Below are positions 11,562 to 22,517 of a DNA stretch of 64,000 nucleotides, one piece after another. The notes beneath the pieces were generated by a model. It was not told the origin of the DNA. It searched no databases and worked only from the letters and a program-made list of their open reading frames with translations. Position numbers and translations under genes: made by a program. This DNA comes from Sulfurospirillum sp. (GTDB taxonomy: Bacteria > Campylobacterota > Campylobacteria > Campylobacterales > Sulfurospirillaceae): contig JAJOKG010000006.1 of assembly GCA_021206415.1 (NCBI GenBank), positions 11,981 to 75,980 of the forward strand, read 5' to 3'. Position 1 is the first letter of the stretch, and the number at the start of each line of letters is the position of its first letter.

Positions 11562-11801
11562 ATGCAACGCTATGATTTACGACATTTAAAAGATGATTTT
11601 TACGGACGTATGCTTGAAATTATTGAGGAGAGCGCTTTGGGTGAAGTCTCTATTTTTATGTTTGAAATAGGCGATTTTTCTCCTGTTCAAAAAAGCGCTG
11701 ATGTCATTAAAGAAGCGGGATGGACGCTGATGAACTCTCTTAAATTCAACGAAGCAGATTGGACGATTGTGGTTAAAAAAGTAAAAAGTGAAGTAGCATA
11801 A
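11562..11801 (+). CDS. nuoE: Epsilon-type small NuoE-position subunit (no 2Fe-2S cysteines)
   Basis: 79 aa, MQRYDLRHL...FEIGDF; sits between nuoD and nuoG as in Campylobacterota complex I. Confidence 0.75.
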   Translation: MQRYDLRHLKDDFYGRMLEIIEESALGEVSIFMFEIGDFSPVQKSADVIKEAGWTLMNSLKFNEADWTIVVKKVKSEVA

Positions 11802-12634
11802 TGGAAAAGAAACAGTTTATACACGCCCTGCAACAAGCTAAAAAAGAGGCTTTTGCTTTTACATGTAACGATTTTGATGTGATTATCTCCGTGGGTGTTT
11901 TGCCCTCACGCCATGATGAAGCACTGCTTCACGCTCTTCAAAACAGCGATGCCAAATTGGTCTATCTGTTTAGCATGGAAGAGGCTTCACTGGTTGAGAA
12001 AAGTGCTTTTTTTAGCCGTTATGAAGTGGGCTCGGAAGAGGGTGTTTTTGCGCTTTTAGCCAAAAGTTTTCTTTTACATGTAAAGATGCCTCACATGATT
12101 GAAACGTACTTTGAAGAGCTGGATGAGGGCTACTTGAGTGCGGAGAGCAACGTGGGTGAAGAGGAGATTGAGGTGATTGAAGCTTTGTACCAAGAAGCGA
12201 ATAAGGTATTACTTCTTTTAGGAGACGATATTCTCTCTCATCCAAGAGCTTCTCATATTGCCAAACTCGCAGGACTGATCGCCCGTTATGGAAAAGCTCA
12301 TGTGATGGTTGTGGGTGCAACAGAAGCAGATGTGAGCCTCAATGATAGTTTAGAGATGATGGATGAGGTTGCGGATATTAAGAGTTTTGATGGGGTTGTG
12401 GTCTATGAATGTCCTTTGAAGGCGGGTGAAAAAGAGGGCGTATTGATTGGATCATCCCAGTTTCAAATGGCAGCGAAAGTCAAAGAAAATGAAAGCATTG
12501 GCGTGAAAATAGGCGAAGAAGTGCATGCCTGCACCTTTGTGAAAGATGAAACGCTCAAAGGGGTGATTGGATTGATGCCCTGTGCGAAACTCAGTGGGGC
12601 GTATCCCTACCATGTTGTCAAAATAGTGAAGTGA
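11801..12634 (+). CDS. Epsilon-type NuoF-position subunit (no FMN/NADH motifs)
   Basis: RYEVGSEEGV and DEGYLSAESNVGEEE; operon position. Confidence 0.7.
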   Translation: MEKKQFIHALQQAKKEAFAFTCNDFDVIISVGVLPSRHDEALLHALQNSDAKLVYLFSMEEASLVEKSAFFSRYEVGSEEGVFALLAKSFLLHVKMPHMIETYFEELDEGYLSAESNVGEEEIEVIEALYQEANKVLLLLGDDILSHPRASHIAKLAGLIARYGKAHVMVVGATEADVSLNDSLEMMDEVADIKSFDGVVVYECPLKAGEKEGVLIGSSQFQMAAKVKENESIGVKIGEEVHACTFVKDETLKGVIGLMPCAKLSGAYPYHVVKIVK

Positions 12635-12641
12635 GGCTGTC

Positions 12642-15119
12642 ATGAACGATATTACAATAACGATTGATGGAAAAGCGTGTCTTGCCAAAGAGGGCGAATA
12701 CGTTTTAGGCGTTGCACGTAGAAATAACATTTTTATCCCAGCACTCTGTTATGTGACCAACTGCTCACCTACGCTAGCGTGTCGTTTGTGTTTGGTGGAT
12801 ATTGATGGTAAGCGGGCATATAGCTGTAATGCCAGAGCCAAAGAGGGGATGAATGTCATCACCAAAAGTGAAGAGATTGAAAAAGAGCGCCGTGCGATTA
12901 TGGAGATTTATGATGTGAATCATCCTTTGGAGTGTGGCGTGTGCGACCAAAGTGGCGAGTGTGAGCTTCAAAACTACACCTTGCACATGGGCGTGGATGC
13001 GCAACATCACTGCATCGCAGACACGCACCGTCCAACCAAACAGTGGGGTCGCATTCATTATGATGCCTCTTTGTGTATTGTCTGTGAGCGCTGTGTGACT
13101 GTCTGTAAAGACATGATAGGCGAATCTGCCCTTAAAACCGTTCCTCGAGGTGGTGCAGAGCTGGATAAAGCATGGAAAGATAAAACCGAAAAAGATGCCT
13201 ATGCCATGTGGAATAAGCTTCAAAAGTCGATTATTGGCATTGCCAGTGGGGCGGAGAGTTTGGATTGTACGCAGTGTGGTGAGTGTACGGCGGTGTGTCC
13301 TGTGGGTGCGCTGGTAGGTTCAGACTTTCAGTACAGTTCCAATGCGTGGGAGCTGAAAAAAATCCCCGCTTCCAATCCTCATAGCAGTGATTGTTCCCTT
13401 CTTTTTTACGATGTCAAACAGACTAGCATCAGCAATCCAGAGCCAAAAATTTACCGTGTGAGCAGTGAGCATAACTACGCACCGCTTCATGCTGCCGCAC
13501 GCTATGGCTTTGACTTTCAAAATGAGGTTACATGTAAAGATGAAAAAGCTTTTGAAACGGTTGTGGAGAGCTTAAAAACAAAGGTCGATACGATTGCATT
13601 TGAGAGTTACATTACCAATGAAGAAGCACTCATTTTACAAAAGCTCAAAGAAAAGTATGGCTATAAACTCATCAATCCTGAGGCAAAACGATACCAAGAA
13701 TTTCTTAAACACTATGCTAGTACCTCAGGAAAAAGCCTTTACAGCGGTGATTTGGAGCGTGTTCGTTCCAGCAATTTTGTCGTGAGTTTCGCAAGTGCCA
13801 TCAAAACCGATAGCCCTAATGCGGGTTATGCGATGAACAATGCGATAGGCATGAACAAAGGAGCAGGGCTTTACTTTCACCCGATTGCTGATCCTGTGGT
13901 TTCAGCGTATTCGAAAAACCTTCTTTCCATTACACACAAAGTAGGTGCTGAAGAGGCGATTGCGTACTTTCTTTTAGACCTTTTTGGCGATAAAGAGGCA
14001 ATGCCAAAAGCACTGATAGATTACTTAGCAACGTTTCATACCATCGAGAAAAAAACCATTCAAGAAAACATTAAAGAAGATGTCAAAGAGATGGTGAAAG
14101 ATGAGGAGAGCGGTGAAGAAAAAGAGGTCATCACCAGTGTCAGCAAAGTGGTCGAAAAAGAGATAGAAGTTGATACCAATGCTTTAGTTTCACTCATAGG
14201 CGCTGAGGAGGATGTGAGTGATAAAATCACGAAACTGCTTGATAAAAAAGATAGTTTTAGCCTGATGGTGGGAGAAGATGTTTATGCCCATCCACGAGCG
14301 AAAAACATTGCTAAGCTTTTAGGCTTAATAGAGCGCTTTACCCCGTTTAACATAGTTATTATTCCTTCACGAACCAACACCTTAGGCGTTTCACTCATCT
14401 GTGATTTGGATGAAGAAAAAGGCAACTACATCCTAGGTTATAACACCAAAGGGGATGTCACACTAAGCGCTTTGGGCAAAGGGGATTTGGCGATGCCCGC
14501 GCTCAATCAGCAAGAGGGAACATTCACTTCTATGAATAAGCGAGTGGTTCCTACTAATGCCGCTCTTCCTTTTAAAGGCTATTATCTCAATGATATTGCC
14601 AACGCATTAGGACTTGAGACGGAGTGGACGATTGATTACACGCCTCTTTTACCTGCTCAAAAAGGGTTTAAAGCCCAAAAATTTGATGACCTTCCAAATC
14701 AGTATGAAAACGATGGAAGAGAAAATCGAGGCTATCTTTTAGAGACACAAGAGCTTACATGTAACGATGAAGTTGAGCCACTTGAGAGCTTTACATGTAA
14801 AGAGGGGGATATGGTTTATCTTGCCAATCCAGTCCACCAATTTAGTGCCTTTACCAACAAAGCGCATCAACTCAATGAAGCGGGTGCTTTATATGTCTCC
14901 AAAGATTTCTTAGAGGCTAAAAATCTTAAAAGTGGCGATATGGTCACTCTTGAAAACGATGCGGGAGCGAAGCTGGTCATTGCGCTCAAAGAGGAGCCAA
15001 TGATAGGGGGAATGATTCCTTATTTGCCAGATTTTGATACTAAAATCGATGTCACACCGTTTTTTAAAGAGGGGTATCGTTTTGCGAGTGTAACAATGAA
15101 AGGAGTTGCGCATGTTTGA
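12642..15119 (+). CDS. nuoG: NADH:quinone oxidoreductase subunit G
   Basis: IPALC, CRLC, HPLECGVCDQSGECELQ, CIVCERC, CTQCGECTAVCPVGAL. Confidence 0.95.
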   Translation: MNDITITIDGKACLAKEGEYVLGVARRNNIFIPALCYVTNCSPTLACRLCLVDIDGKRAYSCNARAKEGMNVITKSEEIEKERRAIMEIYDVNHPLECGVCDQSGECELQNYTLHMGVDAQHHCIADTHRPTKQWGRIHYDASLCIVCERCVTVCKDMIGESALKTVPRGGAELDKAWKDKTEKDAYAMWNKLQKSIIGIASGAESLDCTQCGECTAVCPVGALVGSDFQYSSNAWELKKIPASNPHSSDCSLLFYDVKQTSISNPEPKIYRVSSEHNYAPLHAAARYGFDFQNEVTCKDEKAFETVVESLKTKVDTIAFESYITNEEALILQKLKEKYGYKLINPEAKRYQEFLKHYASTSGKSLYSGDLERVRSSNFVVSFASAIKTDSPNAGYAMNNAIGMNKGAGLYFHPIADPVVSAYSKNLLSITHKVGAEEAIAYFLLDLFGDKEAMPKALIDYLATFHTIEKKTIQENIKEDVKEMVKDEESGEEKEVITSVSKVVEKEIEVDTNALVSLIGAEEDVSDKITKLLDKKDSFSLMVGEDVYAHPRAKNIAKLLGLIERFTPFNIVIIPSRTNTLGVSLICDLDEEKGNYILGYNTKGDVTLSALGKGDLAMPALNQQEGTFTSMNKRVVPTNAALPFKGYYLNDIANALGLETEWTIDYTPLLPAQKGFKAQKFDDLPNQYENDGRENRGYLLETQELTCNDEVEPLESFTCKEGDMVYLANPVHQFSAFTNKAHQLNEAGALYVSKDFLEAKNLKSGDMVTLENDAGAKLVIALKEEPMIGGMIPYLPDFDTKIDVTPFFKEGYRFASVTMKGVAHV

Positions 15120-16104
15120 AACAGCAGTCATTGTTGAAACCGTGGTAAAAGCGGTCATTGTTGTCGCAGTGGTAGCGGCGATGGCAGGTTTTGCAACGTT
15201 CATTGAACGTAAGGTTTTGGCGTTTATGCAACGACGCCTTGGCCCGATGCATGTGGGACCCTATGGTTTGTTACAACTTGCCGCCGATGGGATTAAGCTT
15301 TTTACCAAAGAGGATATTATTCCTCAAAATGCCATCAAGCCTATTTTTATGATAGCGCCTGTTGTGGCAGCAACCAGTGCGTTTGTCGCTATGGCAGCCG
15401 TACCCTATTTTCCTGAGTTTACCCTGTTTGGTTACACCATTCATCCCATTATCTCCGACATTAACGTAGCCCTTCTTTACGTGATGGGTGTCGCATCAGT
15501 GGGCATTTATGGGCCGTTGTTAGCGGGTATGAGCAGTGCCAATAAATGGTCACTCCTAGGAGCAGCTCGTGCGGTAGTGCAGATGCTCTCCTTTGAAGTG
15601 GTTTCAGGACTTTCGATTTTAGCGCCTATTATGCTGATTGGTTCTCTCTCTTTGATTGATATTAACGACTATCAAAGTGGGGGCATTAGCAACTGGCTCA
15701 TTTGGAAACAACCTTTAGCCTTTGTTTTATTTGCCATTGCAGGTTTTATGGAGACCAATCGTGCCCCGTTTGATACGGTTGAATTTGAAGCTGAGGTGGT
15801 TGCGGGGTATGCGACGGAGTATTCAGGTATGCGTTGGGGTCTCTTTTTTATTGGCGAATATGCCAATATGATTACCATTTCGGTACTCGTGAGCATCATT
15901 TTTATGGGCGGATATGCTCCTTTAGGATTTATTCCAGGGGCGGTGATGATGCTCTTAAAAGTCTCTTTTTGGATTTTCTTATTTTTATGGGTCAGAGCGG
16001 CATGGCCACACGTCAGACCTGATCAGTTAATGTGGGTCTGTTGGAAAGTGATGATGCCTCTTGCTGTGGTCAATATTTTGATCACGGGCTTTGTGCTGAT
16101 TTAG
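15112..16104 (+). CDS. nuoH: NADH:quinone oxidoreductase subunit H
   Basis: ERKVLAFMQRRLGP, ADGIKLFTKE, ETNRAPFD, EYSG. Confidence 0.95.
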   Translation: MFETAVIVETVVKAVIVVAVVAAMAGFATFIERKVLAFMQRRLGPMHVGPYGLLQLAADGIKLFTKEDIIPQNAIKPIFMIAPVVAATSAFVAMAAVPYFPEFTLFGYTIHPIISDINVALLYVMGVASVGIYGPLLAGMSSANKWSLLGAARAVVQMLSFEVVSGLSILAPIMLIGSLSLIDINDYQSGGISNWLIWKQPLAFVLFAIAGFMETNRAPFDTVEFEAEVVAGYATEYSGMRWGLFFIGEYANMITISVLVSIIFMGGYAPLGFIPGAVMMLLKVSFWIFLFLWVRAAWPHVRPDQLMWVCWKVMMPLAVVNILITGFVLI

Positions 16105-16113
16105 GAGGCTTAG

Positions 16114-16728
16114 ATGACACTCAATGATTTTAAAAAACGCGATTGTAGCGGGGATTATATCTTTTTCGAGGGTGAGAAAAAGAGTGAAAATGGCTGGGAA
16201 GCTTTTCAAAGAGTGATGAAGCGAACCCTTAAAGGTGAGTTGTTTGTTGGACTTTGGGTGGTGCTTCGTGAGATGATACGCTTTGATATTCACACCCTCA
16301 AATATCCTGCTGAAAAGATGGAAATGGGACCGAGGTACCGTGCGATTCATCGTTTGCTTCGCTTGTTTGAAAGCGGAAGCGAGCGTTGCATCGGGTGTGG
16401 CTTGTGCGAGAAGATTTGTATTGCAAAGTGTATTCGCATGGAGACACGCATTGATGAGAAGAGTCGCAAAGAGGTGAGCGAGTATAGCATTAACTTTGGG
16501 CGTTGTATCTTTTGTGGGTATTGTGCAGAAGTGTGCCCAGAGCTTGCCATTGTTCATGGCGTAGAGTATGAAAACGCCAGTGAACAGCGGGCTCATTTTG
16601 GACTCAAAGAGGATATGCTCACCCCTCTTGATACCTTTAGAGCCAAAGAGCAAAAAGAGTTTTCAGGTTTTGGTGCTTTAAGCGACCATGCCGATGAAAC
16701 CGTTAAACAAACACCATTAGCGTATTGA
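16114..16728 (+). CDS. nuoI: NADH:quinone oxidoreductase subunit I
   Basis: CIGCGLCEKIC and CIFCGYCAEVCP. Confidence 0.95.
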   Translation: MTLNDFKKRDCSGDYIFFEGEKKSENGWEAFQRVMKRTLKGELFVGLWVVLREMIRFDIHTLKYPAEKMEMGPRYRAIHRLLRLFESGSERCIGCGLCEKICIAKCIRMETRIDEKSRKEVSEYSINFGRCIFCGYCAEVCPELAIVHGVEYENASEQRAHFGLKEDMLTPLDTFRAKEQKEFSGFGALSDHADETVKQTPLAY

Positions 16729-16735
16729 GGTTGCC

Positions 16736-17290
16736 ATGTATGAAACAGTAGCATTTTATATTTTTTCGATACTCACATTGGGTATGTTTGGTATTGTAGT
16801 GATGAGCAAAAACGCTTTGTATGCCATGAGCGCCTTAGCTGGTGGGATGATTTTTATCTCGGGATTCTTTTTTATTTTAGACGCTGAGTTTTTAGGCGTG
16901 GTGCAGATTGTGGTTTATTCGGGTGCGATTATGGCGTTGTATGCGTTTGGTATGATGTTTTTTGATACCACACGGGATGTCAGCGAGAAGATGCGTTCGA
17001 AAAAAATCGCCTACACACTCTCCATTTTAAGTGCCATTTTGATTGTAGCGATTTTATGCATACCGTTGGTTTCAGAGAGCATAGAAGCTTCGTACCCTGC
17101 CATTGAAAATGTAGGAAATATTCAGATGGTAGGACTTATTTTATTTACCAAATACTTAGTTCCTTTTGAATTAGCGGCGATTATGCTTTTAGTGGCGATG
17201 ATTTCAGGTATTGTTTTGGCGAGTAAAAAAATGGATGAGCATTTAGCCATAGAAGAGGATGAATGTGAAATGCTAAAGGAGGGCAAATGA
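16736..17290 (+). CDS. nuoJ: NADH:quinone oxidoreductase subunit J
   Basis: AEFLGVVQIVVYSGAI, YLVPFEL. Confidence 0.92.
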   Translation: MYETVAFYIFSILTLGMFGIVVMSKNALYAMSALAGGMIFISGFFFILDAEFLGVVQIVVYSGAIMALYAFGMMFFDTTRDVSEKMRSKKIAYTLSILSAILIVAILCIPLVSESIEASYPAIENVGNIQMVGLILFTKYLVPFELAAIMLLVAMISGIVLASKKMDEHLAIEEDECEMLKEGK

Positions 17291-17588
17291 TTACGTTAAC
17301 CCATTATCTCATTTTAACGGGATTGCTTTTTGCTATTGGTTTGGTCGGTGTTATGCGAAGAACCAATCTTTTGATGCTCTTCTTTTCCACAGAGATTTTA
17401 TTGAATGCCGTTAATATCGGTTTTGTAGCCGTCTCAAAGTATTATGGAGATTTTACAGGGCGGATGTTTGCTTTTTTTATTATGCCGTGGCAGCCAGTGA
17501 AGTAGCAGTAGGATTGGGGCTTTTGATTTTATGGTACAAACGCAATGGCTCTGTTGATTTAAATAGCCTCCAAATGATGAAGGGATAA
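17287..17588 (+). CDS. nuoK: NADH:quinone oxidoreductase subunit K (frameshift near 17480)
   Basis: STEILLNAVN, then AVAASEVAVGLGL...QMMKG* in the shifted frame. Confidence 0.9.
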
Positions 17589-17591
17589 AAC

Positions 17592-19437
17592 ATGGAAAAA
17601 TATCTTTACATAGCCCTTTTTGCTCCATTAGCAAGTTCATTATTTGTCGCTCTTTTTGCTACACGTCCTAAGATGCTTTTCACAGGTGTTGTTGCTTCAA
17701 TTTTAATTGCAATTTCTATGATTTCATCCTTTATTTTACTGATGGATGTTAATACCTATGGTGCTTTACATGTAAATATGATGGACTGGATTGTTGCTGG
17801 TAATTTGTACATTCCTTTTGGATTTGTTGTCGATGAAGTTTCAGTGATTATGATGGTAACTGTGACGCTTGTTTCAACGGTTGTGCATATTTACTCTATT
17901 GGATATATGGATCATGATAAGAGTTTTAATCGATTCTTTTCGTATCTTTCTGCTTTTGTTTTTTCGATGATGATTTTAGTGATGAGTGATAACTTTGTAG
18001 GGCTTTTTATTGGCTGGGAAGGTGTGGGACTTTGTTCATGGTTACTGATTGGCTTTTGGTACCACAAGCACTCAGCTTCTTGGGCAGCCAATGAAGCCTT
18101 TATTATGAATCGTATTGCGGATCTTGGAATGCTGATGGGACTCTTCTTGATTTACTGGAACGTGGGTTCTTTACAGTATGAAGAGGTTTTTGCAGCACTG
18201 AAGGATTTAGACAGTGTTATAGTCGCAACAATTGGAATGTTCTTATTTATTGGAGCGATGGGAAAATCTGCACAGTTTCCTCTGCACACATGGCTAGCCG
18301 ATGCGATGGAAGGGCCTACGCCTGTTTCAGCACTGATTCATGCTGCAACCATGGTAACCGCAGGTGTTTATTTGGTGATTCGTTGTGGAGAGCTTTACAG
18401 TATGATTCCAGATGTTGGTTTTGCGATTGCTTCCTTAGGTGCTTTTGTAGCACTCTTTGCAGCTTCCATGGCTCTTGTGAATAATGATCTTAAACGCATT
18501 ATTGCCTATTCGACTCTTTCGCAACTTGGATATATGTTTGTTGCTGCAGGTCTTGGGGCGTATTGGATTGCGCTTTTTCACTTGATGACCCATGCCTTTT
18601 TTTAAATCCCTTCTCTTTTTGGGAGCAGGTAATGTCATGCATGCGATGCACGATGAGTTGAACATTAAAAAAAATGGGTGGGCTTTATGGTTCTATGAAA
18701 GCCACAGCCATTTTAATGAGTGTCGCTTCGGTTGCATTAGCGGGTATTTATCCTTTGGCTGGTTTCTTTTCAAAAGATAAAATTTTAGAAGTAGCGTTTA
18801 ATGAGGGGGCTTACTTTTTATGGTTTGCCTTGTTTATAGGAGCGGGTTTGACTGCATTTTATAGTTTTCGTTTAGTGATGCTCGTTTTCTTTGGTGAGAA
18901 GAGTATATTAAACATGGTTTTCATCCACACGAAGCGCAACCTTTTGTGATTTATGCTTTACTACCTTTGGGTCTTTTGGCGGTGATTGCAGGATGGTTTG
19001 AGCACAAATTTGAAGGCTTTACAACACGTCTTTTGGCACGTTATGAAATTCACATTTCTCATGGTATAGAAATCATTTTAATTGGTGCAACGCTTTGTAT
19101 TGCCGTTGGTGGTATAGTCTTTGCCATTTATAAGTATCAGCGTGGTGGATTTTCAAAAACGTGGGAAGAAGGATTTTTCTATAAACTTCTCAGTAATCAA
19201 TACTATATTCCAAAAGTGTATGAGCTTTATATTATGCGACCTTTTACGATTTTATCGCAGTTTGTATGGCAAAAAATTGATATGAAAGTGGTTGATTTTA
19301 CGGTAGACAGTATCGCAAGGACGATTTATAAAACGGGTGAGAAAAGTCGAAAAATGCAAAGTGGAAATCTCTCCGACATGCTACGTTGGATGGTTGTGGG
19401 AATAGTTGTTTTGCTTGTGTTAGCACTTTTTTTATAG
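17592..19437 (+). CDS. nuoL: NADH:quinone oxidoreductase subunit L (frameshifts near 18600, 18670, 18900; true end may be 19450)
   Basis: GWEGVG, GKSAQFPLHTWLADAMEGPTPVSALIHAATMV, GFFSKDKI. Confidence 0.92.
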
Positions 19438-19464
19438 ACCAATGGCTTAGGTAGGAGTTAGAGC

Positions 19465-20993
19465 ATGGAACATATTTTTATCGCTTTTAGTCTTTTTCCC
19501 AGCGGTGGCAGGACTTTTAGGCTTTTTGGTCGCAAAAGAGAGTATTAGGGCGTATGGCATTAGTGTGAGTGTGATTGAATTTTGTCTCTCCTTAATTTTA
19601 TGGATAGGTTTTGATAGCACGAATGCAGGGTATCAATTTGTAGAATATTATGCGTTTATCCCAAGTTATGGAATGAGTTATTATTTGGATGTGGATGGAA
19701 TATCACTCTTTTTAGTGGTTTTATCAACCTTTATTACGATGATTGCCTTATTGGTTTGAGTATTGAAAAAGATATTAAAAAACCTCATTATTTCAGTTCT
19801 TTTTTTTAGAAATGACGATGGTAGGTGTTTTCCTTATTTTAGATGTGATTTGGTTTTATGCCTTTTGGGAACTCTCTTTGGTACCGATGCTCTATATTAT
19901 TGGTGCATGGGGCGGAGAGAAGCGTATGTATGCTGCGGTGAAGTTTTTTCTCTATACGTTTGCGGGTTCAGTATTGATGTTAGTGGGTATTTTGTATATG
20001 GGCTTTTTGTATTATGAAGCGACAGGTATTTGGAGTTTTGCATTACCTGATTGGTATTTGTTGCAAGTACCGTTTAGGGCACAACTATGGCTTTTTGGTG
20101 CATTCTTCTTAGGATTTGCTATTAAAGTGCCTATGTTTCCTTTTCATACATGGCTTCCTTATGCGCATGGTCAAGCTCCAACAATTGGCTCTGTTATTTT
20201 AGCAGCAGTCCTTCTGAAGATGGGTAGTTATGGTTTTGTGCGTTTTTCATTACCACTTTTTCCTGATGCGACGGTTTACTTTCTGATTCCAGTGGCAATT
20301 ATTTGTATCATTATGGTCATTTATGCAGCGATGATTGCTTATGCGCAAGAAGATATGAAACAAGTGATTGCGTATAGCTCTATTTCGCATATGGGAATTG
20401 TTATTTTAGGGACGTTTGCCATGAATGCAGAAGGAATTACAGGATCAATCTTTTTAATGCTGAGTCATGGTATTGTAAGTGGTGCTTTGTTTATGTTAGT
20501 CGGTGTTATTTATGATCGTCGCCATACTAAAATGATACGAGATTTTGGAGGTTTGGCGCAGGTTATGCCAAATTTTGCTACGGTCTATGGCATTATGCTT
20601 ATGGCTTCTGTGGGTTTACCACTGACGGTTGGTTTTGTAGGTGAGTTTTTATCTTTGGTTGGTTTTTATCGTATTAGTTGGATTTTGACACTTTTAGCTG
20701 GAACAGGAATTATTTTGGGTGCAGTCTATATGCTGGTATTGTATAAAAAATCATTTTTTGGTCAGGTTGTGCATGAAGAGAATCGTAGCCTTAAAGATTT
20801 AAATGCAAAAGAGTTAAGCGCATTAATTCCTTTGGTGTTATTGGTCGCAATTTTGGGTATTTATCCAAAGCCATTGCTTTCAACGATTGATATGAGTGTT
20901 CAAAAAATGCTTGTTTTAATGGATCAAAAAGCTATTGAACCTGCTACGAAAGAGCTTATTATGAAAGCGAATAGCATAGGAGGAACACACTAA
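19465..20993 (+). CDS. nuoM: NADH:quinone oxidoreductase subunit M (frameshifts in 5' part)
   Basis: AGGAG RBS then MEH; FWELSLVPM, KVPMFPFHTWLPYAH, AYSSISHMG. Confidence 0.92.
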
Positions 20994-22477
20994 TGGAAAC
21001 GATCTCAATTGATGTGGCAAGTCTCAATTTACCTGCTCTTCTTCCTATGGCAATTTTAACACTGGGTGCGTTAGGGCTTATTTGTGTTGATTTAGTGGTC
21101 AAAGGGTTAAATCGTAGTTTTTTAACGATGATTACTATACTTTTTATTCTTCTGGATTTAGGTGCGGTTATTGGTTACAATGGTCCAAGCCGTGCTTTTT
21201 TTGATGTTTTGTTAGTAGATGGTATTGCACTTATTGCGCAAGTGATTATTTTGGTGGCTTCAGCCATCTTTTTACCGCTTTCATTAAGCCATCGCCATTT
21301 TAGAGAGTTTGAAATGGCAGAATTTTATGCTCTTTTTATGTTTATGATTGTTGGTTTTCAGTGTATGGTTGTGAGTGACAATCTTATTTTGATTTTTATA
21401 GGTTTAGAGACGTCAAGTCTTGCTTTATACACCATGATTGCTATGCATAATCGCGCTAAAGCGTTTGAAGCAGCGATTAAGTACTTTACGATGGGTGCAC
21501 TTGCTGCTGGATTTTATGCCCTATCTGCGCTTATTTTTTACGCCATGACAGGGAGTGTGGAAATTTATCAGATTGAGCAAGCACTTCAAGCACGTAATTT
21601 TGAACCTTTAGTAGGCATTTTAGCAGGTACTATTTTTATGTTGGGAGCTCTTGGATTTAAACTTTCATTGGTTCCATCACATACATGGACGCCTGATGTA
21701 TACGAAGGAAGCTCTGCACCACTAGCAGGCTATATGGCCGTTGTTCCAAAAATTGCAGGGTTTGTCGTTGCTATGCGTTTGTTTGAAATGTTGGTCTACT
21801 CAGGCGTTGTCTGGTTGGAGCATATTTTATATGCAGCTGTTGTTCTTACGATGACGTTAGCAAATATCACAGCTTTGGTTCAAGAAGATGTCAAACGTAT
21901 GCTAGCTTTTAGTTCTATTTCGCATGCGGGTTTTATGATGGCAGCTATTTTAATTGGAACCACACAGTCTAATACAGCACTCTTTTTGTATTGGACACTG
22001 TTTATGTTTACTAATTTGGGTGCATTTACTATGCTTTGGATTGTAAGGCACCGTAAAAATCTTTGGGATGAGCGCTACCAACACCCTTATACCAAATTTT
22101 CTGGATTGGTGAAGCTTATGCCAGCAACGGCAACGATTATGGGTATTTTTATGTTTGCACTTGCAGGTATGCCTCCTTTTTCGGTCTTTTGGGGTAAGCT
22201 TTACCTTATTAGTGCAGCGATTAACAGTGAGTATATCTATTTAGCCGTCATCATTGCGCTCAATAGCGCCATAGCAGTTTATTATTACATGAAACTTGCT
22301 GTTTATATGTTTTTAAAAGAGCCTGTTATGGCAGATGCAACGCTTTATGCCACCAATGCGTCAACTCCTTTAAAAGTGATTGTTGGGGTTGCTGTAATGA
22401 TTACAGTGTTTGCCATTGTTTTTGTTGAACCTCTTTTGGAAATACTCACAAAATACGTTAGTGCCAGTGGTTTTTAA
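20993..22477 (+). CDS. nuoN: NADH:quinone oxidoreductase subunit N
   Basis: EAAIKYF, FKLSLVPSHTWTPDVYEG, KRMLAFSSISHAG. Confidence 0.95.
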   Translation: METISIDVASLNLPALLPMAILTLGALGLICVDLVVKGLNRSFLTMITILFILLDLGAVIGYNGPSRAFFDVLLVDGIALIAQVIILVASAIFLPLSLSHRHFREFEMAEFYALFMFMIVGFQCMVVSDNLILIFIGLETSSLALYTMIAMHNRAKAFEAAIKYFTMGALAAGFYALSALIFYAMTGSVEIYQIEQALQARNFEPLVGILAGTIFMLGALGFKLSLVPSHTWTPDVYEGSSAPLAGYMAVVPKIAGFVVAMRLFEMLVYSGVVWLEHILYAAVVLTMTLANITALVQEDVKRMLAFSSISHAGFMMAAILIGTTQSNTALFLYWTLFMFTNLGAFTMLWIVRHRKNLWDERYQHPYTKFSGLVKLMPATATIMGIFMFALAGMPPFSVFWGKLYLISAAINSEYIYLAVIIALNSAIAVYYYMKLAVYMFLKEPVMADATLYATNASTPLKVIVGVAVMITVFAIVFVEPLLEILTKYVSASGF

Positions 22478-22503
22478 ATAAGGGGTGAAAATCCCCTTAT
22501 TTT
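22476..22503 (+). terminator. Intrinsic terminator after nuoN
   Basis: AAATAAGGGG-TGAAAAT-CCCCTTATTT stem-loop ending in a T run. Confidence 0.7.
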
Positions 22504-22511
22504 GCTATAAT
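22503..22511 (+). promoter_or_regulatory. Extended -10 promoter for pflA
   Basis: TGCTATAAT, 6 nt upstream of the ATG at 22518. Confidence 0.65.
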
Positions 22512-22517
22512 GCAGGC

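Noticed and set aside
8989-16653. Long antisense ORFs within the nuo operon (e.g. 8989-9447, 9777-10250, 12774-13223, 16027-16653)
   Set aside because: They are shadows of strongly supported plus-strand genes and show no recognisable motifs
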